A DNA stretch of 56,936 bases, taken from NCBI RefSeq assembly GCF_004010195.1, contig NC_057752.1, positions 4,649,201 to 4,706,136 of the forward strand. Reading direction: 5' to 3'. A model generated the notes under the pieces. The model did no database searches. It worked only from the letters and a program-made list of their open reading frames with translations, and was not told the origin of the DNA. This DNA is from Chiloscyllium plagiosum (lineage: Eukaryota). Numbering within the stretch: position 1 is the first letter of the stretch; each line of letters begins with the position of its first letter. The translations under genes and the position numbers were made by a program. Below, piece by piece: positions 1-11,277 of this stretch.

Positions 1-281
1 CCTTCCTGTTCTTGCCACCAAAGTGGATAACCGTACATTTATCCACATTAAACTGCATCAGCCATGCATCTGTCCACTTACCTAACCTGTCCAGGTCACC
101 CTGTAATCTCCTAACATCCTCCTCACATTTCACCCTGCCACCCAGCTTTGTATCATCAGCAAATTTGCTAATGTTACTATTAACACCATTTTCTATATCA
201 TTAATATATATTGTAAAAAGCTGCGGTCCCAGCACTGATCCCTGCGGTACCCCACTGGTCACCGCCTGCCATTCTGAAAGG
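1..281 (-). mobile_element. CR1 LINE reverse-transcriptase fragment (runs off the window start)
   Basis: Minus-strand translation [26 protein letters not shown]...[11 protein letters not shown]...LQGDLDRL...QFNVDKC contains the CR1 RT motifs [10 protein letters not shown] and FADD. Confidence 0.9.
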
Positions 282-1377
282 AGAGTGCTGCTCCTCTTAT
301 CAGGTGGTGAAGTGAAGAGAAGCACAGACACAGAAATCGGCAGACAGTTTGAAAGATCATACAAATAGTGTGAGTGGAGTGTCGACAGGTTGAATAATAA
401 GTCTCTGCGGGTGATCAAGTGTCAACAGCTGAATAGCAAGTGAAGGGATGACTTATGATCCGATTAATTGAAGCAGAGATAATTACAAAAAATTAAAAGA
501 AAGATGGTGTTGGAGACAAATCAAATGGCTCAAATATGATGATAGGTCTAAGAGTCGCATGCTGAAGGTCAAATCAAAGTAACAAGTAACCCAAAACTGT
601 ACAAAATAATTAAAGTTGAGAGATCATAACAATTTATCAACGTGGTATCGTCAAAACAGGACAATAAGGAAGATTTTACAATACAGTACAGTATGGTGGG
701 GTTACATGGAGTGCAACATGAACCCAAGATCACAGTTGAGGCCATCTTCATGGGTACAGAACTTGGCGATCAGTTTCTGCTTGGTGATTCTGCGTTGTGG
801 AGTATCTCAAAGGCTGCCTTGGAGGACACTTACCCGAAGATCAGAGGCCGAATGCCCTTGACCGGGAGGGAACATTCCTGTCAGGCGATTGTTGTGCGGT
901 GTCCATTCATCCGTTGTAGTGCCTGCATGGTCTTGCCAATAAACCATGCCTCAGGGCATCCTTGCCGAACGCGTATGAGGTTGGCACCATTGGCCGAGTC
1001 ACAGGAGTATCTGCCACGTAAACGTGGGTGGCGTTCCCACGTGTAATGAGTGTATCCATGTCGCTGATCTGTATTTTTTGCAGAGGTTGCTGTGGCAGGA
1101 TTGTGTGGTGTTGTGGTTGATGCTGTCCTGAAGGCTTGGCAGTTTGCTGCTAATGATCGTCTATTTAAGGTTTGGCAGTTGTTTGAAGGCGAGAAGTGGA
1201 GGTGTAGAGATGATCTTCGCAAAGAACGCGGCAGAGTTTCTCTGCTCTGGGGAAGTACTGGACAGAGGGTACTCGATTGGTCATGTTCTGTGTCTGTCTT
1301 CTGAGAAGGTTGTTGAAGTTCTTCACTGTGGCACATCGGAACTGGCAATCGATGAATTGAAGATCGCATCCCGCTCA
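282..1377 (-). mobile_element. Penelope-like element (Neptune-type GIY-YIG 3' part plus pLTR), left arm of a head-to-head inverted pair
   Basis: Minus ORF 881..1378 contains GRYSCDSANGANLIRVRQGCPEAWFIGKTMQALQRMNGHRTTI, a decayed GIY-YIG. Its reverse complement aligns with 1378-2990. Confidence 0.8.
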
Positions 1378-2256
1378 TAAGAACAGGGTACGATGACGCT
1401 CAACTGATTAATCACCAGTTCTCATGTGCCACAGCAAAAAGCCACAACAACCGCCTCAGAAGACAAGACACAGAACACGATCAATACAGTACCCTTCACC
1501 TGGAGCAGAAACACTACACCATGTCCTTCGCAGCCTTCAGTATGTCAAGAATGACAACGAACATCTCGCCATGATCATCTCTACGCCTCCACCTTTCGCC
1601 TTCAAACAACCATCAAACCTTAAACAGACCATCGTTTCCAGCAAACTACCCAGCCTTCAGGACAGCATCTTCCACAATTCTGCCACGGCAATCTTTGCAA
1701 GACATGCAGATCATGGACATTGACACTCATCACCTATGGGAACACCACCCATACGTACAGTGCAGATGTTCATGTGACTCGGCCAATGCTGTCACTACAG
1801 GCCAGGATGCCCTGAGGCACGGTTTATTGACAAGACCATGCAGGCGTTACTACAATGGATAAATGGGCGCCGCACAACAATCGCCTGTCAAGAATGCTCC
1901 CTCCCAGTCGGGGAACACCTCAGCAGTCAAGGGTATTCGGCCTCCTATCTTCGGGTAAGCACCCTCGAAGGCAGCCTTAGAGACACACAACAATGCAGAA
2001 TTGCCGAGCAAAACTGATAGCCAAGTTCCATACCCATGAAGATGGCCTCAACTGTGATCTTGGGTCCATGTCGCACTAGGGGTAACCAGACTGTACTCTC
2101 TATTGTAAAATCTTTCTTACTGTCCTATTTTGACGATACCACATTGATAAATTATCGTGATCTCTCTACCTTAATTAGTTTGTAGTTTTGGATTACCTGT
2201 TACTTTGGTGCAACCTTCGCCACGTGACTCTTATACCTATCATCTTATTCCAGTCA

Positions 2257-2462
2257 AATAAAAACCGAAAGGACAGCGGATGCTGTAAATCAGGAGCAGG
2301 GGCAAGGGTTCCTGGCCGGGGGGGGGTGGGGAAGATGCTCCGTGGGTCTGGCAGCGTCTGTGAAGAAAACCTCCGAGTTAACGTTCCGGATCCGGTGACC
2401 CTTCCAGCCGTTTTCTTTCCAGATGCTGGGGTTTTTCTAGCAGCGTCTGTGTGTGTTCCGCG
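2257..2462. mobile_element. Short fold-back PLE pLTR derivative (second family) with 12-bp TSD
   Basis: TTATTCCAGTCA occurs at 2245-2256 and 2463-2474. Inverted internal segments (cagcgtctgtgaagaaaa / ttttctttccagatgctg) and a decayed minus-strand HHR at ~2377-2408. Confidence 0.7.
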
Positions 2463-2597
2463 TTATTCCAGTCAGTTGGTTTGTCTCTAGCACCACCTTA
2501 GTTTTAATAGTTTGTAATGATCTCTTTCCCTCATTTAATCAGTCATCCCTTCGCTTGTTATTCAGCTGTTGACACCCTTGGTCACTTGCAGAGACTT

Positions 2598-2846
2598 TAG
2601 ATTCGATTCCCTCCAGCCCAACCAGTCCACAGCAACCCTCCCCCTGCCTAATGCACCTAACACTACGGGCGATTTAGCATGGCCAATTCGCTCTGACCTA
2701 CACATCTCTGGACTGTGGGAGGAAACTCACACAGACACAGAGAGAACGTGCAAACTCCACACAGACAGTCGCCCGAGGCTGGAATCGAACCTGGGACCCT
2801 GGTGCTGTGAGGCAGCAGTGCTAACCACCAAGCCACCCATGCCACC
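2598..2846 (-). mobile_element. HE1-type tRNA-derived V-SINE
   Basis: Reverse complement of GGTTAGCACTGCTGCCTCACAGC..CAGGTTCGATTCC..GACTGTCTGTGTGGAGTTTGCAC with a (tagat)n tail. Confidence 0.85.
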
Positions 2847-3879
2847 CACAGATGTTTTGTTTCGATTCTCCACTCGCACCAGTTGTATGATCCTTTGGCC
2901 TCTCTGTCCTTGATCTCTCTGCCTATAAACTCCATGTCTGTGTGCTTCCCTCTCACTGCACCTGGCAGAGGGGCAGCGCTCCGAAAGCTTGTGATTTCAA
3001 AATAAACCTGTTGGACTGTAACCTGTGTGACTTCTGACTTTGCCCACCTCCCCAGTCCGACACCGGCACCTCCCCATCGTGCGTTAACATCACAAACGTC
3101 TGGCTGTTCTTTCAGGCCGCGGAAACAATTGCCATTCAGTTTGCTGCTTATCTCCCCAACCTGTGAAGAGCCAACAGAGCAGGCCACGTTGGAGTCCACC
3201 CCTCCGCTGCCTTCTGTCCAAAGCGACAGCCAACGTTCCCCAGGTCAGCTCCATCCTGTCTGATTCCTGCAGTTCCCTGCAGGGAACCGGGAAAGCTAAG
3301 GGCTCCACACTGTTCAGGGAGAAATCTGACCCCATTAAAGCTTCCAATTCTCCTTCTGGGAGGTCCTGGAAACTCTTCAAAGTGAACGCCAAGGTTGTAG
3401 GCCTGTGTTGCACCAATGCTGTGTATCGTTATGGTGTGCCTGTTGAATGGACCGTTTGGCCTGCACCTCTCCCCTCCGCCCCCCGCCCCTCCCCATTGAA
3501 AGCACTCAGGGCTGGATGTGGGACAAATGAACACTTATCCCATCAGCAGACTCCCTGGCCTGATTGACATGTTAGTTTTCACATCTTGGACGGACATCAG
3601 GAACAAATTTACCCTGGTCATGTTAACCTTAAACTGCTAAATGAATCACAAGGAGAGGGACAGTGTCCGTCTTGAGGCCCTTTCCTCTTTCACAGTCCTC
3701 TTCAGTTTTCCTTTCTCGTCAACTGGCCTCCGATCAACGTTTTTCACTCCTTTTCCCATTTTTGGAAGCTGATTTTCTTTTTTTTTTTAACTTTGGAAGA
3801 GAAGGTTTGGAACCAACTTTAAAAGTGACTTTTCCAGTTGATGGGAATCCTACATTCAGAAGGTTGCTAGCCTTGGCTG

Positions 3880-4225
3880 AGGTAGCTGGGTCAGCCATTG
3901 AACAGGTCATCTGGCTTCAGAGTCCCAGCACAGTGCTGCACTGTCGGAGCTGCTGCTTCTGTTAAGACATTAGACTGAGTCTCTGGCTCCCCTCACAGTC
4001 GGACAGAAGATTGAGGCTGTCTCATTCCAGCATCCTGTTTATCCCTCTGTTTCAAGGAAACAGATTATCTGCTTTTGGCCACATTCCTGTTTGTGGGATC
4101 TTGCTGTGCCCAGCTTTTCCGGCTGCGTTCCCCTCATCGCCACGGCGACTGCTTTTCGAGAGCGGCCGGCGCTCACTCCAGCGCATCTTGAATGGCGCGA
4201 TGCGAGGCCGCACTGTTCCTTTCCC
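3880..4225 (+). mobile_element. Deu-domain SINE (SacSINE1/AmnSINE1-like), GC-shifted copy
   Basis: cagtgctgcactgtcggag...gtttgtgggatcttgctgtg... aligns with copies at 35050-35600 and 42600-42990. Confidence 0.6.
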
Positions 4226-4502
4226 TCTCTCCATGAGGCTGGCATAGTTACTGCAGCGCCCATGGCAACCACCACTCAGAGGCAGTTCCTCAGCGACCCC
4301 CGTCCCCCCCCCAGATACAAGACGCTGGGCACACAGTGAAATTTTGATTTTTCTTTCCAAGTCGACAAGTTATGCCACAAGCTGCATCTCGAACAAAGGT
4401 GGTAAGAACGCCTCCGAAAATGCAAGTTACTCTGGATGGTGCCTTCCTTGGCGATCACTCTGCTCACAGTATCAGAAGCATTTCAATATCATTTAGGTAT
4501 CG

Positions 4503-4820
4503 GGGAGGGGATGGTGTAGTGGGTGACATCATTGGGGTGGTAACTCAGAGGCCCAGGCTAATGTGCTGAGGAAGTGGATTCGCATTCAGTGAAAATCTGA
4601 ATTTAAATGCTCGCTTAACTGTCAATTGTCATTAAAAAAAACCCATCTGGTTCACTAATGTTCTTCAGGGAAGGAAATCTGCCATCCTCAGCTGGTCTGG
4701 CCGACATGTGACTCCAGACCCACAGCAACGTGGTTGACTCTCAACTGCCCTCTGGGTAATTAGCGATGGGTAATAAATGCTGACCTAGGACATCCCATGA
4801 ACAAATTTTGGAAAAAAAAT
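4503..4820 (+). mobile_element. tRNA-derived SINE family B (tail ggcaataaatgctggcc...catcccatgaa)
   Basis: The core aaacccatctggttcactaatg..agggaaggaaatctgcc..ggtctggcc.acatgtgactccagacccacagcaa recurs several times in the window. Confidence 0.8.
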
Positions 4821-4859
4821 TCATCCTTCCCTCCCTCTTATACAATAATTACATCAAGA

Positions 4860-5181
4860 GGACGCATGGTGGCTCAGTGGTTAGCACTGCTGCCTCACAG
4901 CGCCAGGGACCCAGGTTCGATTCCAGCCTTGGGCGATTATCAGTGTGGAGTTTGCATATTCTCTCCGTGTCTGCGTGGGTTTCTTCCTACAATCCAAAGA
5001 TGTGCAGGTTAGGGTGGATTGGCCACGCTAAGCTGCCCCATAGTGTTCAGGGGCATGTAGGTTAGGGTGGATTGTCCATGCTGAAATTGCCCCATAGTGT
5101 TCAGGGATGTGTACGTTAGGTGCATTAGTCAGTGGAAATGTAGAGTAATAGAGTAGGGGAATGGATCTGGGTGGGTTACTT
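4860..5181 (+). mobile_element. HE1-type V-SINE with an internal ~54-bp tandem duplication, ends at gap
   Basis: A box (GGTGGCTCAGTGG), B box (GGTTCGATTCC) and V-domain present. aggttagggtggattg...ccccatagtgttcaggg occurs twice. Confidence 0.85.
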
Positions 5182-5681
5182 NNNNNNNNNNNNNNNNNNN
5201 NNNNNNNNNNNNNNNNNNNNNNNNNNNNNNNNNNNNNNNNNNNNNNNNNNNNNNNNNNNNNNNNNNNNNNNNNNNNNNNNNNNNNNNNNNNNNNNNNNNN
5301 NNNNNNNNNNNNNNNNNNNNNNNNNNNNNNNNNNNNNNNNNNNNNNNNNNNNNNNNNNNNNNNNNNNNNNNNNNNNNNNNNNNNNNNNNNNNNNNNNNNN
5401 NNNNNNNNNNNNNNNNNNNNNNNNNNNNNNNNNNNNNNNNNNNNNNNNNNNNNNNNNNNNNNNNNNNNNNNNNNNNNNNNNNNNNNNNNNNNNNNNNNNN
5501 NNNNNNNNNNNNNNNNNNNNNNNNNNNNNNNNNNNNNNNNNNNNNNNNNNNNNNNNNNNNNNNNNNNNNNNNNNNNNNNNNNNNNNNNNNNNNNNNNNNN
5601 NNNNNNNNNNNNNNNNNNNNNNNNNNNNNNNNNNNNNNNNNNNNNNNNNNNNNNNNNNNNNNNNNNNNNNNNNNNNNNNNN
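5182..5681. other. Assembly gap of 500 N (other gaps: 9776-10065, 39943-40537, 48311-48810, 53981-54240)
   Basis: Runs of N. Confidence 1.
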
Positions 5682-5999
5682 GGGGATCTGATTGGCAGGT
5701 ATGAAATGATAGGTGCAATACTTTATTAGAAGTATTCATTCCCTTTGGCCATTGTAGCTGCTACCTGCCAAGGGGAAGAGTCCATTGCAAGTAGAGGATG
5801 ACACACTGACCAACATTAGACAGACTATATTGGATTTATTAATGTAAAAGTTAATTCAAATCACTGTGCAATAACTTATTCCTGCCACTCACATTTATAA
5901 AGCCTAAAGGCACTGGAGAAGGCGAAAAACATATTTATAAAGATGATACAAGATCTGACAAACTAGTATTCTCAAAAAAAGAACACATTGAGACTCCTT

Positions 6000-6640
6000 T
6001 CAGAGAAAAGAAAGCTGAGGGGTGACCCAATGGAAATAGTTAAAATCATGAATTTGATAGGGTAGACGTGGGGAGCCACGAGGTTAAGCTGCAGCTCGAA
6101 AGAGCCTTGGATAGACCACACTTGGAATATTGTGTTCAGTTCTGGTCACCTCATTATAGGAAAGATGTGGAAGCCTTAGAGGGGGTGCAGAGGAGATGTA
6201 CCAGGATGCTGCCTGGACTGGAGGGCACATCTTGTGAAGAAAGGTTGAGGGAGCTCGGGCTCTTCTCATTGGAGTGAAGAAGGATGAGAGGTGACTTGGT
6301 AGAGGTGTACAAGATGTTGAGAGGCATAAATAGTGGATAGCCAGAGACATTTTCCCAGGGCGGAAATGTCTATCAAGAGGGGGCATAATTTTAAGGTGAT
6401 TGGAGGAAGGTTTAGGTGAGATGTCAGAGGTAGGTTCTTTACATAGAGTGTGGTGGGTGTGTGGAATGCACTGCCAGTGGTGGTAGTAGAGTCAGATACA
6501 TTAGGGAGGTTAAGGTGACTCTTGGATAGGCACATGGATGATAGTACAAAGAAGGGTATGTAGGTTCGTCTGATTTTAGAGTAGGATAAAAGGTCAGTAC
6601 AACATTGAGGGCTGAAGGGCCTGTACTGTTCTATGGTCTG
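6000..6640 (+). mobile_element. CR1 LINE 3' fragment
   Basis: [36 protein letters not shown]...LGLFSLE followed by a CR1 3' UTR (gggctgaagggcctgtactgttctat). Confidence 0.9.
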
Positions 6641-8039
6641 TGTAGGACTGACAGAATCCTGGGAACAGGCTCCAGTGACCCACATATAAACCAGAGAATG
6701 GCAAAATAAAAATTTAAGAGGGGAGGCAGGCTGAAAAAATAGTAAAGAAAGTGGAAATAGCAAGACCTGGTAACCCTGCCCAAGAATGTCAAGACAACTT
6801 AGAAACTGGATTTTTGTGCATTTTCTCCCCGGGAGCACTTCTTTAATTAGCAAAAAAGAAATAGGTAACCAGTACTTAGCAAAATGCTTGAAAGCACAGA
6901 TAAGCTGCCTTTGAACTTTACATTGAAAATCATGATGATTTAAGGACTGAGGCATGTTTGTTTGATCAGTGAGCTGCCAGGCATAGCCGCCCCTGCAGGA
7001 TGGTTGGCAAAAGACATTTCAACATGAAAGGCCTCTCCCTCAGCGTAATGTGGTCCTTGAAGGAACAAAGAAAATTTATGCTGCTGGAATGTGGACACCG
7101 TAATGCCTGATCTATTGTTCAGTGTAAAATGGAACACAATACAAGGTCAGGTGGACTCATAACAAACATGAAGCTGTCAGTTAAAATCTTAGAATAACAG
7201 ATGGATGTGTGGCCAAATATTGCCATGATCAAGACCATTAATTCAACATTTGGACATTGTTAAGTTTAATATTACCTCAATTATTGTCACATAATTTTCC
7301 AATTTGATGTTACATACTCTGGTATGTATTCATTGTAGTATTAATCTCAAAACAACTCCATCATGGCAGTGGCAGCACTAACTGGACTACGTGATCACAA
7401 GGCCAGGCTTATTGCGGGTTCTGTGGGCGTGACCTCCCATTCCACCAAACTCTCCATCACATCGCCGTGAGGATGCATTTGTTCACCGAACAACAGGGTG
7501 TCCCCAAGCTGCTCCTGCTTAAATCCCGAGCAATTACAGGGCTGGGCCCAAGTTACCCTCTGCATAACAGCCCAAGAAGATGGAAATTGAAGGGGAAGAA
7601 ACAGAATAGATTTCAAGGGCATGGAAAAAAACATCTTCTCAGCGCGGATTTAATTCTGGGTCATGTTTTGTGGTCGGATGGTATTCCTCAGACCAAATAT
7701 CTACCGGCCACAATCACAGTGACATTGTGCCTGGTGGAGCTCTCCAGCTTAGACGCTGCAAGTGATAGGTGGTTAGGCGGGTACTACGGGTACCTCTCCA
7801 ACATCCACTTGCATCATGCTGCCTACCTGTCACTGCTGAAGCTTGGCGTTGTGGAGGACAAGGAGGAGAAAGTTGCTGAGCCCTCTTACCCTCAAGAGTC
7901 TAGGCAACGTCCCCCTTTGTCTTTTGTGATGGCCAATTCTTGACTGTTTAGTGGGGGGGTGGGGGTAAGAGAGAGTGGTGGTGGGGGCATCCAAGCTGCT
8001 TTGAGACATTATGAGGCTAGTATGTTTTATGTCACCCAA

Positions 8040-8620
8040 ATAAAGACTTGCATTTCGATAGCGCCTTTCACAAGTTTGGGAAACACTTTACAGCCAGTTA
8101 TGTGCTTTTGGAGCTGATCCTGGGAACGTTCTGTCCCTGTCTCTGCTGCCAGGCTACCCACTCTGTTTTATCTGCCTAGAATATACAACGTCTCATTTTT
8201 CAGCAGACGAAAGGACATTTGGAACTGGAATGTGAAAAAGGCGAATAAGGGCTCTACTGAGATATAAATGCATGAAAGTAAAGAAGTCACCTCTCAAACT
8301 TGAGATTCCGAAGTACTCCATTTAAGGCTTGAGGGAAAATTCTGTGAGTTTTTCTTGACAAAGACTCTGAGATTTTAATTCATACCCTATTTTAGCACCA
8401 TATTCGGCATTGTTCTCACTACACCAGAGAGGGGAAATAGATTTTTAATGTCCATCTGAGAGAGAAGACAGGGCCCAAGTTTATTGTCCCATTCAAAAAG
8501 GGCAATCAATATTGTACAGGATCACCAGCCTTAATTATCATGCTGAGGTTTTTGGAGTGGAATTTGAATCTACGTCGAAGTGACTCACTGGTGAGGAGTC
8601 CCATGACTGGGTCCCAACTT
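8040..8620 (-). mobile_element. Fragmented Deu-domain SINE remnants
   Basis: Tail aaagacttgcatttcgatagcgcctttcac at ~8042 and catctgagagagaagacagggcc..catt at ~8453. Confidence 0.45.
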
Positions 8621-8624
8621 CTTT

Positions 8625-8970
8625 TATTATTTATTCATTCACAGGACATGAGCATCACTGGCTGGGCCAGCGTTTATTGCCCGTCCCTAATTGCCCAGAA
8701 TTCAGTTAAGAGTCAACCACATTGATGTGGGTCTAGAGTCCTGTGTCAGTCAGACCAAGTAAGGATGGCAGTTTCCTTTCCTCAAGGACATGAGTGAACC
8801 AGATGGGTTTTTCCCTGACAATTTACAATGGTCCCATTATCATCATTAGACTCTTAATTCCAGATTTTTATTGAATTTCACAATCTGCCGTAGCGGGATT
8901 TGAACCTGAGTCCCCAGAATATTACTTGGGTCTCTGGATTAACAGTCCAGTGATTGACCATTGCTTCCCC
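8625..8970 (-). mobile_element. SINE family B
   Basis: Reverse complement of the 4503-4820 / 30963-31310 family, including a B box (gggatttgaacc). Confidence 0.85.
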
Positions 8971-9377
8971 AAGCTGGGGAATTGGTATTTGTCAGTGTCA
9001 GAGGTACCTGTCTCCTATCTGTACCCTCTCTTCTTGTCGTTGTTGGCTGTATGTGGAGGTTCGACAACCAGCTCCCTACTGAGGCTTTCACTTGGGTTTC
9101 ACAAGACTCCCGCTGAGACTCCAAAATCATTGAGGGAGTCCCACGACATTCCCAAGGAATTTTGCAGTTTTTGCAACTTCAGGCTGCCTCATCATCATAT
9201 TTCCCCCCTTCACTGATTCGCCGTTTCCAATTTCATTTGCATCTCTCTCATGTTTGGCAAATCACTACTGCTCTCTTTGAATGGGAGTTAAAGACAGTCC
9301 ATGAGCACCTACATGAACATATTACTCCTGTTCAAGGGGAGAATCAAAAGGGACTATCAGCTTTGGGAAAGATATTT

Positions 9378-11277
9378 ATAGAGTCATAGAGCTGCACAGC
9401 ATGGAGACAGACCCTTCGGTCCAACTCGTCCATGCTGACCAGATATCCTAAACTAATCTAGGGTCCCATTTGCCAGCACCTGGCCCATATCCCTCTAAAC
9501 CCTTCCTATTCATATACTCATCCAGATGCCTTTTAAATGTTGCAATTGTACCAGCCTCCACCACTTCCTGTGGCAGCTCATTCCATACACGTACCACCCT
9601 CTGCGTGAAAAACGTTACCCCTTAGGTCTCTTTTATATCTTTCCCCTCTCACCGTAAACCTATGCCCTCTAGTTCTGGACTCCCCCACCCCAGGGAAAGA
9701 CTTTGTCTATTTATCCTATCCATGCCCCTCATGATTTTGTAAACCTCTATAAGGTCACCCCTCAGCTTCCGACGCNNNNNNNNNNNNNNNNNNNNNNNNN
9801 NNNNNNNNNNNNNNNNNNNNNNNNNNNNNNNNNNNNNNNNNNNNNNNNNNNNNNNNNNNNNNNNNNNNNNNNNNNNNNNNNNNNNNNNNNNNNNNNNNNN
9901 NNNNNNNNNNNNNNNNNNNNNNNNNNNNNNNNNNNNNNNNNNNNNNNNNNNNNNNNNNNNNNNNNNNNNNNNNNNNNNNNNNNNNNNNNNNNNNNNNNNN
10001 NNNNNNNNNNNNNNNNNNNNNNNNNNNNNNNNNNNNNNNNNNNNNNNNNNNNNNNNNNNNNNNNNCTTACTAACTATACCTCCTATGTTCACATCCAAAT
10101 CATTTATATAAATAACGAAAAGTAGTGGACCCAGCACCAATCCTTGTGGCACTCCACTGGTCACAGGCCTCCAGTCTGAAAAACAACCCTCCACCACCAC
10201 CCTCTGTCTTCTACCTTTGAGCCAGTTCTTTATCCAAATGGCTAGTTCTCCCTGTATTCCATGAAACCTAACCTTACTCACCAGTCTCCCATGGGGAACC
10301 TTGTCAAGTGCCTTACTGAAGTCCATACACATCACGTTCACCGCTCTGCCTTCATCAATCCTCTTTGTTACTTCTTCAAAAAACTCAATCAAGTTTGTGA
10401 GACACGATTTCCCACACACAAAGCCATGCTGACTATTCCTAATCAGTCCTTGCCTTTCCAAATATATGTTAATCCTGTCCCTCAGGATTCCCTTCAACTT
10501 GCCCACCACTGACGTCAGGCTCACCGGTCTATAGTTCCCTGGCTTTTCCATACCACCTTTCTTAAATAGTCGTACTATGTTAACCAACCTCCAGTCTTCC
10601 TGCACCTCACCTGTGACTATCGATGAGACAAATTTCTCAGCAAGAGGCCCAGCAATCACTTCTCTAGCTTCCACCAGTGTTCTAGGGTACACCTGATCAG
10701 GTCCTGGGAATATGGACATTTTTCAAGATATCACCATCTATTTCTCTGCATTCTATATCTTCCATGTCCTTCTCTACAGTAAATACTTTTGCAAAATACT
10801 CGTTTAGTATCTCCTCCATCTCCTGCGGTTCCACAAAAAGGCCGCCTTGCTGATATTTGAGGGGCCCTATTCTCTCCCTTGTTACCCTTTTGTCCTTAAT
10901 GTATTTGTGAAAACCCTTTGGATTCTCCTTAACTCTATTTGCCAAAGCTATCTCATGTCCCCGTTTTGCCCTCCTGATTTCCCTCTTAAGTATACTCCTA
11001 CTGCCTTTATACTCTTCTAAGGATTCACTCGATCTATCCTGTCTATACCTGACATATGCTTCCTTCTTTTCCTTAACCAAACCCTCAATTTCTCTCGTCA
11101 TCCAGCATTCCCTACACCTACCAGCCTTTCCTTAAACCCTGTCTCTGGACTCTCGTTATCTCATTCCTGAGGGCTTCCCATTTTCCAGCTGTCGCTTTAC
11201 CTGCGAAGATCTGCCCCCAATCAGCTTTTGAAAGTTCTTGCCTAATACCATCTAAATTAGCCTTCTTCTAATTTAGA
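9378..11277 (-). mobile_element. HER1-like CR1 LINE, 5'-truncated ~1.9 kb of ORF2 with frameshifts (spans a gap)
   Basis: [66 protein letters not shown]; (CTCTATGA)n tail at 9378-9391. Confidence 0.95.

Larger units (their letters stand above)
1378..3075 (+). mobile_element. Penelope-like element right arm (GIY-YIG remnant, pLTR with decayed HHR and 3' tail), interrupted by two insertions
   Basis: Collinear with the reverse complement of 282-1377. Cys linker CHGNLCKTC at ~1681-1707. HHR-like cac-CTGGCAGA-ggggcagcgctcc-GAAAGCTT-gtg at ~2959-2993. Confidence 0.8.

Noticed and set aside
5161..5739. ORFs made of X residues (also at 9703, 39892-40977 and 48254-48820)
   Set aside because: They are translations of assembly gaps.
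7467..7943. 158-aa ORF as a host gene
   Set aside because: There is no recognisable domain; at most it is a faint Harbinger transposase-like trace, too weak to call as a feature.
9649..11101. Functional reverse-transcriptase gene
   Set aside because: It is a 5'-truncated CR1 ORF2 with a frameshift/deletion near 10700, no endonuclease domain and a gap.
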